From IMG/VR virus record IMGVR_UViG_3300032215_000682, positions 32,001 through 96,000 of that record: a DNA stretch of 64,000 nucleotides, one strand, 5' to 3'. Positions 29,374-39,727 of this stretch are shown here, in pieces. The DNA is from a virus. The number at the start of each line of letters is the position of its first letter. The first letter of the stretch is position 1. The position numbers and the translations under genes are program-made. The notes under the pieces were generated by a model. That model was not told the DNA's origin. It made no database searches and saw only the letters and a program-made list of their open reading frames with translations.

Positions 29374-31488
29374 TTAATTATAAATTACATAATTTAACAA
29401 AGAGGTGTCTAAAGTGTTTATAACACCTGTAGGCCCAACAGCACTTATAGTAAGTGTATTAGCTGTACATACAGCAGTGTAATTAAATGTGTTAGTTAGT
29501 GTGCCTCCAACAGATACTAATTGTAAAAATGCTCTTGAAGATGTTGTAAGTCCTGTTATTGTTATTGCTTTTGTTCCTGCTACTAAAGCTATTTGACCTA
29601 ATCTACCTCCAGATCCTTCAGTGATTGTGATTTTATTACCTGCTGTTCCTAAAGTTAAATTTCCATTAGATGTCCAGTTTCCACTAGAATCACTTTGAAG
29701 TCTTATATGACCCTGACCATCAGCTAAAACAATATTATTGGCTAATGAGGAACTTAAACCAGTTATTTGACTGCCTATTACAGTATTATAAGAACCTGTT
29801 GTTATTCCCACTTGAGTTGTCCCAGCTCCTATAATTATATTATAAGAGCCACTTTGTATATTTTGGCTCATAGCATAACCTATACCAATATTTCCATCAC
29901 CAGTTGTATTAAATAATGCTGCATAACCTAATGATGTTCCATAGTATCCATTAACATAACTACCTCCTGCACCATAACCAACATGTGTGTGATATAAACC
30001 ATTTGTAATTAATGCTCCTGCTACTGATCCCACAGCAACAGAATTTGAACAAGATGTTGCTTTTTGAAGAGCTTGATACCCCAATGCTGTATTATTTCCA
30101 CCAGTTAAAGAAACACTACTTAAAGTACTAACTCCAATAGCTGTGTTTGTACTTATAGCCCCAACTCCCTTTCCTATAGTTAAACTATTTATTGTAGAAT
30201 CATTAGTACATGTAAATGTATTTGCAGTTAATGTAGTTCCATTAAATGTTAAATTTGCACTTTCACTCACTACACCACTATTATCATATAAAATTCTTGT
30301 AGAAGTTCCAGAAGTTATAGCTGTAGTTCCTATTGTAATTCCTCCTGATGCAATTGTTCCCCAAGAAGTATTAGTACCATCAGTGGTAAGATATTTACCT
30401 GAATTGCTTGTTTGTAAAGGTGCTAATGCATTAAAAGCTGCATTAGCTGTTGTTTGTCCTGTTCCACCATTAGCTATTGCTATAGATGTACCATTCCATG
30501 TTCCTGATGTTATAGTGCCCACTGTTGCTATATCACCTCCTACTAATTTACTTGAAGCAATACTACCTGCTAACATAGCATTTGTTACAGCACTAGCTGC
30601 TATAGTTGTTGTTATTGTTGTTGTACCTGAGCCAGTAACATTACCACTTAATGTTATTGTTTGATTACCTGTTATGTATGAATTAGAATCTAAACTTCCA
30701 TCAGCTTTTATAAATTGGCTTGATGTGCCAGTTATATAACTTAAAGTTCCTGCTGTAGATTTTATTATTCCTGTACCATTTAAAGCTGTTGTTAAATCTG
30801 CTGTTGCTATAGCTCTAAAAGTTGGGATACCATTAGAACCATTAGGAGCTAATAAACAATAATTTGCTGTTTGTGAAGGTATGCTAAATACACCAGTGGT
30901 ATTATTATAACTTAATGGAGCAGAAGCTGATAAACTTAACAAAGAAGATTTATTATTAAATGTAGACCAATCTGAGCTAGAAAGTAATCCTCTATTAGAA
31001 GCACTAGCTGTAGGAATATTAAAAGTATGTGTACTACCTGAAGAATTTATTGTAAAATCTGTACCACTACTCCCTGTTGTAAGAAGTTGTGCAGAAGAAG
31101 TGAGAGTGTTAATTGAATCTATTCCACTAGCTGTATTTGTTTGTATAATAGAGCCATTATTATTTAAATATAAAGTGCTATAAGCAGGGAGAGAGGCTGT
31201 AAATGAAACTAAATGAGCATTTGTTATTCCATTGACATAAAGTTTTATATTAGTGACAGCACTACTAGAATAATTAACAATATTAATATTAGAAATGTCT
31301 ATATTAACAGATAAACCTGTATTAACAGAAGAATAAGTGTATATTGTACTAACACTATTATTTAAAGTTATTTGAGCTAAAGGGGCATATAAATTTTCTG
31401 CTCCTACATTATACCACCCAAATAATGTACAAGTGACAGCAGCATCTGCATATCCTGAAAGAATGTCATTTTCTTTTAAAGTAATCAT
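29374..31488 (-). CDS. Tail fibre/spike protein
   Basis: Gly/Thr/Ser-rich fibre repeats (ASASNRGLLSSSDW, LSYNNTTGVFSI, IANGGTG) and NTAIG/NTALGY beta-helix-like repeats. Confidence 0.75.
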   Translation of the reverse strand: MITLKENDILSGYADAAVTCTLFGWYNVGAENLYAPLAQITLNNSVSTIYTYSSVNTGLSVNIDISNINIVNYSSSAVTNIKLYVNGITNAHLVSFTASLPAYSTLYLNNNGSIIQTNTASGIDSINTLTSSAQLLTTGSSGTDFTINSSGSTHTFNIPTASASNRGLLSSSDWSTFNNKSSLLSLSASAPLSYNNTTGVFSIPSQTANYCLLAPNGSNGIPTFRAIATADLTTALNGTGIIKSTAGTLSYITGTSSQFIKADGSLDSNSYITGNQTITLSGNVTGSGTTTITTTIAASAVTNAMLAGSIASSKLVGGDIATVGTITSGTWNGTSIAIANGGTGQTTANAAFNALAPLQTSNSGKYLTTDGTNTSWGTIASGGITIGTTAITSGTSTRILYDNSGVVSESANLTFNGTTLTANTFTCTNDSTINSLTIGKGVGAISTNTAIGVSTLSSVSLTGGNNTALGYQALQKATSCSNSVAVGSVAGALITNGLYHTHVGYGAGGSYVNGYYGTSLGYAALFNTTGDGNIGIGYAMSQNIQSGSYNIIIGAGTTQVGITTGSYNTVIGSQITGLSSSLANNIVLADGQGHIRLQSDSSGNWTSNGNLTLGTAGNKITITEGSGGRLGQIALVAGTKAITITGLTTSSRAFLQLVSVGGTLTNTFNYTAVCTANTLTISAVGPTGVINTLDTSLLNYVIYN

Positions 31489-32216
31489 TTATGAGTGTAT
31501 ACATAAAATAATGTTTCTACTAGTGTTGCTACACTAAACCCTATTACACCTCCTATTACAAAAGTTTTAATAGGCTTTTTAGAAATATTTTGTTTAACAA
31601 AAATATTTTTTGTATCAGATTGTTCTAAATATTTATTAGAATTTTTAATTTTAACAATTGACTCTGTTTTAAATAGTCCTTTTTTAACATCTCCTATAGT
31701 TATTTCCACCTTATTTGGAATGTTTAAATGTTCTATTACAAAACCATCTTCTGTTATAACTCCATACATTTGTAAATTAGAATCAATATTTTCTATTTTT
31801 ACTGGAAGTGGAAGACATTTAAATGAATCTATTTTTCCATTAATTGTATCTATTATTTCTACTAATTTAGTAGAATCTTTATATCTTATAGTATCATGTA
31901 CAACTTTTATAGATGTGTTATATTTAATTTGACCTATTAAAGAAGACATTTTATTTTCTTTCTCAATATGCTTCACTATCTCTTGATTTTTATTAGTTAA
32001 AAGCTGTTCTTGTGTGGTTATAAGCCCATCTTTTGTCTTCACTTGGAGTGTTCTCATAGAATCATTGTAAATAGCTGTAATGAGCTTATTTTCAAGTGTT
32101 CTATTATCTCCTAATGTTAGAATAGTTTTATAGCCAAATAAAACTAAAAGAAATAATAATATTATTATAATACTATTTTTGAGGAGGTTCTTCTCCTGTG
32201 GAGTTGGTTGTAACAT
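31485..32216 (-). CDS. Membrane-anchored protein, spanin-like
   Basis: N-terminal and C-terminal hydrophobic segments. Adjacent to holin-like genes. Confidence 0.45.
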   Translation of the reverse strand: MLQPTPQEKNLLKNSIIIILLFLLVLFGYKTILTLGDNRTLENKLITAIYNDSMRTLQVKTKDGLITTQEQLLTNKNQEIVKHIEKENKMSSLIGQIKYNTSIKVVHDTIRYKDSTKLVEIIDTINGKIDSFKCLPLPVKIENIDSNLQMYGVITEDGFVIEHLNIPNKVEITIGDVKKGLFKTESIVKIKNSNKYLEQSDTKNIFVKQNISKKPIKTFVIGGVIGFSVATLVETLFYVYTHK

Positions 32217-32454
32217 TTGTTGATTGGTTTTGTTTTGCTAATATTGCTGTATTGTAAGCCCCATAAGTCATCCACCCACCTATAACTATCATAAATGAAG
32301 TAGAGTCCATTTTGTCTATATTTTTATATACATAAACATATGTCATAAATAACATAGATAAAAAAGTAAGACATCTTTCTATTCTTTTAGAAGAAAGTAA
32401 TGTAGGCTGAGAAGAAAATGTAAGATATAATTCTTTTAAAAATGTTTTTATCAT
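32173..32454 (-). CDS. Holin-like two-TM protein
   Basis: 93 aa, SSKR followed by two hydrophobic helices. Confidence 0.55.
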   Translation of the reverse strand: MIKTFLKELYLTFSSQPTLLSSKRIERCLTFLSMLFMTYVYVYKNIDKMDSTSFMIVIGGWMTYGAYNTAILAKQNQSTNVTTNSTGEEPPQK

Positions 32455-32810
32455 TTTCCAAAATGTTTAAAAAATACAAAAAAGGCTGTACCTATAGCTG
32501 TTATTACACTTACAACACTTGCTACAATAGGTATAGAATCTTTAACACCATTTTGTGCAGCTTTAGTTCTTTCTAAAGCTTCTATTCTAATTTGTAATTT
32601 TTCTATTCTATCTATAGAGGCTTCTTCTAATTTCTTATGAAGCTCCATAGCTGTATCAGAAGTAAAATCTATCTTTTTTTCAAGATCAAAAACTTTATCA
32701 TTTAAACTTTTCAATTCATAAAAAGTTGCCAATTGAATTTGTTTTTCTGTTATTTCATCTTCTTTCCCCTCCATAATCCTTCTTACAATATCATCTAGAA
32801 ATGTTGTCAT
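32451..32810 (-). CDS. Coiled-coil protein with C-terminal TM helix (holin/antiholin-like)
   Basis: Coiled coil followed by IPIVASVVSVITAIGTAFFVFF. Confidence 0.45.
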   Translation of the reverse strand: MTTFLDDIVRRIMEGKEDEITEKQIQLATFYELKSLNDKVFDLEKKIDFTSDTAMELHKKLEEASIDRIEKLQIRIEALERTKAAQNGVKDSIPIVASVVSVITAIGTAFFVFFKHFGK

Positions 32811-32813
32811 GTT

Positions 32814-33338
32814 TTATATTGTTATTGTATTACTTAAAAATTCATTACCAAACATATCAAAACATCCAACTTGCACCACTGTTCCTGTAGAAAGTCCTGA
32901 CCAAGTATTTGTTCCTTGATTAGCCAATCCTGTAGTGTTTGAATCAAAATAAACAATATGATTATTTTTATATTGATTAAGTTGATAAAAACTATTTACT
33001 TGAATTATATCTACACTAGAACTTGTTTGATTTGTCAATGATACATTTGTAAAATTTGTAAGCCAAACATTTTGTATATTTGAAGATTCTCCTGTCACAT
33101 TGTCTACAATCCTAAGTTGAACAAAATCTCCTATTTGAGGATTTCCAGTGCCTCCTATAGGCCATGAAGGGGTTTCAAATCCTCCACTAGTAGGAAACCC
33201 AGATATTACAGGACTTATAGTATTCCATGTATTTGATTGCCATAGTTGAAAATAATATTCTCCAGAACAATTTTCTACTGTAACTATTGGAGTCATTGAT
33301 GTTAGACCTTGATCTAATCTAAAAGTTAAATTTATCAT
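32814..33338 (-). CDS. Beta-rich (Ig/FN3-like) structural protein
   Basis: Thr/Asn/Ser-rich beta pattern. Lies in the structural block. Confidence 0.4.
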   Translation of the reverse strand: MINLTFRLDQGLTSMTPIVTVENCSGEYYFQLWQSNTWNTISPVISGFPTSGGFETPSWPIGGTGNPQIGDFVQLRIVDNVTGESSNIQNVWLTNFTNVSLTNQTSSSVDIIQVNSFYQLNQYKNNHIVYFDSNTTGLANQGTNTWSGLSTGTVVQVGCFDMFGNEFLSNTITI

Positions 33339-33355
33339 TATTTTTATTTAATTTA

Positions 33356-34024
33356 TTAAACAACTCTTTTATAAACATTTGATGTTGAATTATAATAAGT
33401 ATTTCCTATTACAAGTCCTCCTGTTATAGCTGCTGCATTATTTGCATAGCTAGGTACATGAGATAATAAAGATTGAATATCATTAAATGTTAAATTACCA
33501 GCACCATCTGTAGTAAAAACACTTCCATTACTACCATCTGTTAGGGGGAGATTAAAAAATAGTGTATTAGTTGATCCCCAACCTATACCATTATTATCTA
33601 TTTTAAATCCTCTTGTAGAATTACTACTTTCAACTCTCCCAAAAAGACATGCATCATTGGTAATGCTTCCAAAAAAACCATTTGAATCTCCTACAAAAGA
33701 AAAACATACTATTTCTGTATTTAAATCAGAAGCAATTAACGTACTACCAAAAGAATTTCCTAGGTCTGTTAACACTCCTGTAGCTAAAACAGTTACTACA
33801 TTATTAGTAGGAGAAGCAGCTATTCTTGTACTTCCATCTCCTCCTGTATTTATATTATTTCTTGTAAAATATTCATCTGAAGTAATACCTGTTCCAGTGC
33901 CATAAACTACTTGTCCTAATGGTTGACCTCCATTATTCTTAGTATAACAACAAAAATTCTTATCAAGATTTGTTATTCTATTAGAAAGATTTCCAAATAT
34001 CTCTTCTGCTTTTCTATCAGTCAT
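33356..34024 (-). CDS. Fibre-like structural protein
   Basis: LPLTDGSNGSVFTTDGAGNLTF and YANNAAAITGGLVIGNTYY are fibre-type motifs. Confidence 0.55.
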   Translation of the reverse strand: MTDRKAEEIFGNLSNRITNLDKNFCCYTKNNGGQPLGQVVYGTGTGITSDEYFTRNNINTGGDGSTRIAASPTNNVVTVLATGVLTDLGNSFGSTLIASDLNTEIVCFSFVGDSNGFFGSITNDACLFGRVESSNSTRGFKIDNNGIGWGSTNTLFFNLPLTDGSNGSVFTTDGAGNLTFNDIQSLLSHVPSYANNAAAITGGLVIGNTYYNSTSNVYKRVV

Positions 34025-34110
34025 CTTTTAATTTTTAATTTGATTTGAAAAAAGAAAAGGGAATTTCTTCCCTCTTCATAAATATATAAAAAACCAATAA
34101 ATTATATATT

Positions 34111-35097
34111 TTATATTCTTTCTACTACTAATGAAACAAAACATTTTCCACCTGGAGTATTTTTTCTACCTCTAACACTTAATAAATAATAAGAACCAGT
34201 GGTAGCTGTACTATTTGTTAATGTACTAGAAACATTTGATTGGCTTGAATTTGTTGTTCCAGCAGCAATTGTTATACTTTGAAATGAGTTAGGCCCCATA
34301 ATATTACTTTCTATTTCTACAGTGGCATTATCTGTAGATTCTATGTTTTTTATTATAGATATTGTAACTTGTTTTATATTATAAGGATAACCTACAGGAG
34401 CTAATGAGAATGCTTGTTCACCACTCTCAAAACTTATTGGAACAGTTATTGTTTCTGTAAAGCCTGATAGAATATTTACCCTATCAATAGGAACTAGTAT
34501 ACCACCTCTGTTAATTAATAGTTGGTCATTTGATAGAGCAATATCTGTAACATTTCCAGAAGGATTTGTACATTTAATAGAAGCATCTGGGCCATGAGCA
34601 AGTTTACTATTTGTAACAGCATTTGCTATTATTTTTAATGTACTAACAGAATTTGTAGCTAAAATTGGTGTTGTAACACTACCATTTTGCAATTGATTAG
34701 TAGCAACACTATTTACAGCTATTGCTGAGTTAGTGACACTACTGTTAGTAAGATTTGCACTTGTAATAAATGCTTGTGTGCTATTAGGAATAATTTGTAC
34801 TACCCATTGTACTCCATCATAATATATTTGTGCTCTCCATTTAGTAGAAAGCAATGTTTGATTTATTGATGTACCAAAAACACTGAAAGTTGTACTATTT
34901 GTTGTAATATCAAGATTACCTTCATAATTAATTATGATTGTAGTGCCTTGAATTGGTGTTCCTGATGGAACTAAGGTATAATTACCAATAGCTATAACAG
35001 ATCCTTTTATAATATATTCATCAATAGATGCTGTTGTTACAAAAGCTGGAATTTCTGTTCCTGTACCATTAAGAGTGTATAATTGTGTAATTGGCAT
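34111..35097 (-). CDS. Fibre-like structural protein
   Basis: Repeating NSSVTNSAIA/NGSVTTPIL/NAVTNSKLA decapeptides typical of phage fibres. Confidence 0.6.
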   Translation of the reverse strand: MPITQLYTLNGTGTEIPAFVTTASIDEYIIKGSVIAIGNYTLVPSGTPIQGTTIIINYEGNLDITTNSTTFSVFGTSINQTLLSTKWRAQIYYDGVQWVVQIIPNSTQAFITSANLTNSSVTNSAIAVNSVATNQLQNGSVTTPILATNSVSTLKIIANAVTNSKLAHGPDASIKCTNPSGNVTDIALSNDQLLINRGGILVPIDRVNILSGFTETITVPISFESGEQAFSLAPVGYPYNIKQVTISIIKNIESTDNATVEIESNIMGPNSFQSITIAAGTTNSSQSNVSSTLTNSTATTGSYYLLSVRGRKNTPGGKCFVSLVVERI

Positions 35098-36089
35098 TAA
35101 TATTTTTTAATTATTTCTGATGTAAAACAATTTATTGTATTATATCCTGGAGCTGCATATCCACCATTACTCACTGTTTGAGCTATTTTTACATTTAAAG
35201 CTGTAAAATCTATATTAGAAATATTAGCTCCTAATACAGAAGCATTATTGCCTACAGATATAAGATTAGAAGCAATTGGATTAACACCAAGTTGTGTATA
35301 ATATGTTATTGTTGTTATACAATTTAATATTGCTGTTGTTGCTCCTGTTACAAAAAATGTCAACTCTGTAATAAAAGCTGTTTTAATAGCACTACCCCCT
35401 GTTATTGAAGATGTCTGTGTATCTAAAACAGTTGATCCATTATTAATTGTTAATGTAAATTCAGTGTTATTAGGAGAAGGAAAACTTGTTATTTGTCCTA
35501 ATATTCTATATTTAATTATATCACCAACATTAACATTTGATTTTGTTACAAAATTTTGTGTATTATTTATCATTAATGAATTAACAAAAGAATCATGAAC
35601 AACATAATCAGCATATGTAACACCTGAAAGATTTGTATTTCCAGCAGGAGCTTCTATGTTAAATGTATGAGGGCTTGGTGTTGTAATTGTTAATGAACTA
35701 GATGTTATATTTGTAACTGTATCTGTTAAAAAATTATTAATAGAAACAATATTATTTGTATTATTAGTAATATTATTAAGAATATTATTAGCAATCCCCA
35801 CTTGATAATTGGTATTAGAACCAATAGTACTAGGTGTCACAACAGTTTGACCACTAACATTACTAACAGAAGTTGTAAAGCCACTAGCAGGAGATATAGA
35901 GCATATTTTAGCATCTAAAGCCTGTACAATAGCTTCTAATGTACTTCCTGTAGGCATATTAGTGCATGTAAGTGTGTTTCCTTTATAAAATACACATTTA
36001 GAATCATAATTTTGTAAACATCCTAAACATGTGTTTTTACATGTACAAGTTTTATTAAAACAAGAAGGACAAGAATATTGATTTGTCAT
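35097..36089 (-). CDS. Fibre protein with Cys-rich N-terminal module
   Basis: N-terminal CPSC..C.C...C..C, SKCVFYKGNTLTC..., coiled coil, beta-rich C-terminus. Confidence 0.55.
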   Translation of the reverse strand: MTNQYSCPSCFNKTCTCKNTCLGCLQNYDSKCVFYKGNTLTCTNMPTGSTLEAIVQALDAKICSISPASGFTTSVSNVSGQTVVTPSTIGSNTNYQVGIANNILNNITNNTNNIVSINNFLTDTVTNITSSSLTITTPSPHTFNIEAPAGNTNLSGVTYADYVVHDSFVNSLMINNTQNFVTKSNVNVGDIIKYRILGQITSFPSPNNTEFTLTINNGSTVLDTQTSSITGGSAIKTAFITELTFFVTGATTAILNCITTITYYTQLGVNPIASNLISVGNNASVLGANISNIDFTALNVKIAQTVSNGGYAAPGYNTINCFTSEIIKKY

Positions 36090-36098
36090 TTATTTATT

Positions 36099-37067
36099 TT
36101 ATACACCAACAAACTCAAAAGAAAGAGAAATATTAGAACCACCTGTTGTTGTTGCTACACCTGTAGTATTAAATATTTTAATTGAATAAACATCTCCACT
36201 ATTTAAAGTGAGTCCTTTAATAACACAGCTTGAATAAGAAGTTGCTTGAGAAGTGCAATAAATTGTACCATAAGCAATTGCTTGTCCACAACCATTACAA
36301 GGACTACCAACTTTCACTAAAGCAGCTCTTATAAAACTTGGAGCATTTGTTGCTGAACCATTTAAAAGAAAGTTAGCTACTAAACCAATGTCATAAACAC
36401 CAGTTTTGTTTATTGTAAAAGCTCCTGATATATTAGTAGGAGCACCTGTTACAAATGTATTAGAAGGAGATGTCCATCCTGTTGTTAAAACAGTACCAGA
36501 TCCTATACCATCTCCACATGCACCATTTCCAGAAATTACTTGAGGAGCTGCTACAAATGTTATTTGTTGTCTAACAAATTTAATTTGCTGACCACTTGTT
36601 GTATCTAATAAAGGAGCAACAGCACCATTACCAGAAAATTTTCCTAGTAAATATCCACATGTATCACTAGAATTTACTTTATTTATATATTGTAAACATG
36701 TGTTAACAGGAATTTCTAAATTTAATTTATGATTGCCTGTAGCAGAAGTTTCTGTTATTGTTAATGTACTAGAAGTAATTTTATTTATTAAGTAATCACA
36801 TACAGAGTCTGTATTAGACACTTTAACATTACATGTTGTTGGTGTAATTATAGGAACATTATTACAAACATAATTTCTTATATTATTTATTTGTTCTTGT
36901 AAATTACTTCCATTAGTTATACAATCATCTTGAGGTTGTATAGACACACATGTAGCAGGCCATATATATGGACAAGTTATTTCTGTAGGACATGGAGATG
37001 TACACAAACTACTTGGTATACTAGATTTAGAGCCATTAAGAATTGTTGTACAACATGAATTATTCAT
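36099..37067 (-). CDS. Fibre protein with Cys-rich N-terminal module and C1q/BclA-like C-terminus
   Basis: ATCVSIQ..DCITNG, two VS..D..(G/D)YL..K repeats, FTINKTGVYDIG. Confidence 0.55.
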   Translation of the reverse strand: MNNSCCTTILNGSKSSIPSSLCTSPCPTEITCPYIWPATCVSIQPQDDCITNGSNLQEQINNIRNYVCNNVPIITPTTCNVKVSNTDSVCDYLINKITSSTLTITETSATGNHKLNLEIPVNTCLQYINKVNSSDTCGYLLGKFSGNGAVAPLLDTTSGQQIKFVRQQITFVAAPQVISGNGACGDGIGSGTVLTTGWTSPSNTFVTGAPTNISGAFTINKTGVYDIGLVANFLLNGSATNAPSFIRAALVKVGSPCNGCGQAIAYGTIYCTSQATSYSSCVIKGLTLNSGDVYSIKIFNTTGVATTTGGSNISLSFEFVGV

Positions 37068-37072
37068 TAATT

Positions 37073-37615
37073 TTATAAATTTATAATTTTATAAGAAATA
37101 TATAAGTCTAAAGTTCCATCTCCATTTGCAGGATTTCCTGTTGCAACATTTATGTTTATAGGAGAATTAATTTCTATATAATTATTTGTTAAATTATTAA
37201 GTGTTATTGAAGAAGAAGTATTAAATAAAATACTACCATCAAAAAATACTGTAAAAGAAGGACTACCATAATATATTTGTATAAATCTATTACCTGTATA
37301 TGCTGTAATGTTATAAATGTAATTAGAAACTATGTTAAAAATTAATATTATTTTATTTACTCCAGGAGCAGGTAGTAACTCTAATGGTGTTGTATGTAAA
37401 TTTAATATTTGTTCTGATGTTAATGAAATTTTTGTTGTTATTAAATCATTAACTGTTGTACAACATGTAGAACATATACCACTTAATGCCTGTGTTAATG
37501 TAGCTCCTCTTGTTAAATTAAGACATGACAAATCTTGTGTTAAATAAACACAATCTGATAGTGGTGTACTATCACATACACTATTAGAATATGGAGAACA
37601 ATTACAATTACACAT
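37073..37615 (-). CDS. Structural protein with Cys-rich N-terminal module
   Basis: SDCVYLTQDLSCLNLTRG, followed by an LTSEQILNLHTTPLELLPAPG domain seen in phage structural proteins. Confidence 0.55.
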   Translation of the reverse strand: MCNCNCSPYSNSVCDSTPLSDCVYLTQDLSCLNLTRGATLTQALSGICSTCCTTVNDLITTKISLTSEQILNLHTTPLELLPAPGVNKIILIFNIVSNYIYNITAYTGNRFIQIYYGSPSFTVFFDGSILFNTSSSITLNNLTNNYIEINSPININVATGNPANGDGTLDLYISYKIINL

Positions 37616-37625
37616 TATATTCTAT

Positions 37626-38279
37626 TTAATTACAAAGATTTCCTCCTTGTGCATTTAAACAATTTACTCTATCTTCTAATGTATTGAATAAACTTGTTAA
37701 TGTACTAAGAGAAGTTTGCTGTAGAATTAATTGACTTGCTAATGAGCCAGCATTAGAAGTGTTTGTTGTAGCATCTGTTAATGATGCTAAATTATTTTGA
37801 AGAACATTTATTTGGTCTTGTAATGTACTTATATTAGTAAATAATTGACATAAACATGTAATTATATTTTCAAAGGCTGTTGTTAAACTAACAGTTCCAT
37901 TAGTTACACAAGGATTTTGTGAACAACATTTAAAATCCACTGTTACATTAGGTTCTGTTGGAGTTTGTAAAGCTGTTATCTGAGCTTGTAAAACACACTC
38001 TTGTTCTAATAGAAAATTAACTAATGTAAATATTGTTTTATCTTCTTGACCAATATTCCATACAGTTTGTAAACATGTAGGAATAGTTATATTAGAAAGA
38101 TCTGTTGTATTTAATAATGCACAAATATTATTAGCAAAAATTAATTCTGCTGAACTAATAGGCATTCCATTACAAATATTAAGACAAGGAACATCTCCTG
38201 ATTGCCAACTAATACAAGTGTTAGGCCCTGAGATAGGACATACATCTGTTAAATAAGAAGCTGAAACACATGCTGGCAT
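37626..38279 (-). CDS. Cys-rich coiled-coil structural protein
   Basis: NTCISWQSGDVPCLNICNG module and heptad repeats. Confidence 0.5.
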   Translation of the reverse strand: MPACVSASYLTDVCPISGPNTCISWQSGDVPCLNICNGMPISSAELIFANNICALLNTTDLSNITIPTCLQTVWNIGQEDKTIFTLVNFLLEQECVLQAQITALQTPTEPNVTVDFKCCSQNPCVTNGTVSLTTAFENIITCLCQLFTNISTLQDQINVLQNNLASLTDATTNTSNAGSLASQLILQQTSLSTLTSLFNTLEDRVNCLNAQGGNLCN

Positions 38280-38497
38280 TATATTTTATTTATTGTACTT
38301 TTAATAGCAGAAGTTATTTCTTCTTCTGTAAAACTATTTAAACAATCATAACAAGGAACTTCTAGCATTTTTTTATAATTTATTAATTTAAGAAGGACAT
38401 CATCATCAGTTCTATATCCTAAATCAAACTTTCTGCTAGAATTTAATTTATTCACTCTTTTAGCTATTGCTTTATTTACATCTTCCAGAAGGGTCAT
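38279..38497 (-). CDS. Hypothetical protein
   Basis: Coupled to neighbours by overlaps. Confidence 0.55.
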   Translation of the reverse strand: MTLLEDVNKAIAKRVNKLNSSRKFDLGYRTDDDVLLKLINYKKMLEVPCYDCLNSFTEEEITSAIKSTINKI

Positions 38498-39035
38498 TTT
38501 GAAAACAATTTATTATTTTGTCTAATTCTTTATTTGCATAATTATAAAGCTCATTAGCTTTTCTAATATCATTGTTATAAGCATTAGCTTTAACACCTTC
38601 TATATACACTCTTATTGTTGCTAATTCTTCTGATAATTCTTTAGAATAACAACTAGAACAAGCATTTAAATCTAAATATAAAATAGCTTTATTGTATTTA
38701 CACTCTATTTTACAAGTTCTATATTCCACTTGTTCATACCAATTACTTTCATAAGGGCATACACTAATTTTAATTGTATATGCACCATCAGGCAAATCTT
38801 GTAAATATTGAACATCATCTACATTTGTTACATTTAAATTATTAGAATTTAATAATGTAATAGCAGATCTGTTATATGTTAATTCTACAATCTTTAAATA
38901 TCCTGGAACTTTTATTTGAAGTAGAGCACCTGATACTGTTGTAAGAGGATTATAATAGGAACTATCTAAAATGGCAAGAGTTTTGCAATTCTTAGTATCT
39001 ACTATATCAAAAGAAAGTGTTGTATTACTTAACAT
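38472..39035 (-). CDS. Structural (tail hub-like) protein
   Basis: LQIKVPGY and DLPDGAYTIKISVCP motifs. Lies in the structural block. Confidence 0.5.
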   Translation of the reverse strand: MLSNTTLSFDIVDTKNCKTLAILDSSYYNPLTTVSGALLQIKVPGYLKIVELTYNRSAITLLNSNNLNVTNVDDVQYLQDLPDGAYTIKISVCPYESNWYEQVEYRTCKIECKYNKAILYLDLNACSSCYSKELSEELATIRVYIEGVKANAYNNDIRKANELYNYANKELDKIINCFQNDPSGRCK

Positions 39036-39147
39036 TTTTTATTACTATTCTTTTTACTCCATTTTTTATACATTCTGAACAAAGTCCATTAGTTAATTGG
39101 CAACTACATCCATGAATTATTTTTTTACATCCTCTACAAGTTGACAT
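39025..39147 (-). CDS. 40-aa Cys-rich metal-binding peptide (MSTCRGCKKIIHGCSCQLTNGLCSECIK...)
   Basis: CxxC-x6-CxC-x6-CxxC. Fills the gap and overlaps the next start. Below the ORF-track cut-off. Confidence 0.65.
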   Translation of the reverse strand: MSTCRGCKKIIHGCSCQLTNGLCSECIKNGVKRIVIKNVK

Positions 39148-39173
39148 TGGTTATTATTTTTATGTTTTAAAAA

Positions 39174-39647
39174 TTAATCACAATTAGGCATACTAAGTGC
39201 TACAGGAACACTTTGATGTATTACATTATATCCATTAGCAATTAATGTCACTGTCACTGTTACAATAACAGGAGAAGGTTGAAAAGCACCTTCAAAAGAA
39301 GATTGCAAATTACCTGTCCACATACCATTTTTATCAAATGTTATTGTATTAATAACACCTGCATCAGGATATTCAGGAGCTGAAAAATACACTTGGCAGG
39401 TTTTTCCTGCTAAAGCTGTATCAATTATAATAACATTTGAAAATTTAATACCATAAACACCATCTGTTCCAGTACAAGAAAATGTACCAAAATCTACTGT
39501 TGGAATACAACAGGGTGCTAATAGTAATGCTATATCATTATATATACTAAATGACACCACTCTTTGAATAGTATTTAGAATGTTTGATCTACGCTGGCTA
39601 GTTAATTTTTGTGCCAGTTTACCTGAAGCCTGTTGATATATTGCCAT
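39174..39647 (-). CDS. Hypothetical structural protein
   Basis: Beta-rich with PCC motif. Lies in the structural block. Confidence 0.5.
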   Translation of the reverse strand: MAIYQQASGKLAQKLTSQRRSNILNTIQRVVSFSIYNDIALLLAPCCIPTVDFGTFSCTGTDGVYGIKFSNVIIIDTALAGKTCQVYFSAPEYPDAGVINTITFDKNGMWTGNLQSSFEGAFQPSPVIVTVTVTLIANGYNVIHQSVPVALSMPNCD

Positions 39648-39668
39648 TTTATATGTGTTTATTATATT

Positions 39669-39702
39669 AAAAAAGGAGAGCAGAGATTTTCTACTCTCCT
39701 TT
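39669..39702 (-). terminator. Intrinsic terminator after the auxiliary capsid gene
   Basis: aaaggagag...ctctccttt stem with an A-run on the plus strand (U-tail on the minus strand). Confidence 0.7.
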
Positions 39703-39727
39703 ATTTTAAGGACTCTTGAATTTTTAT

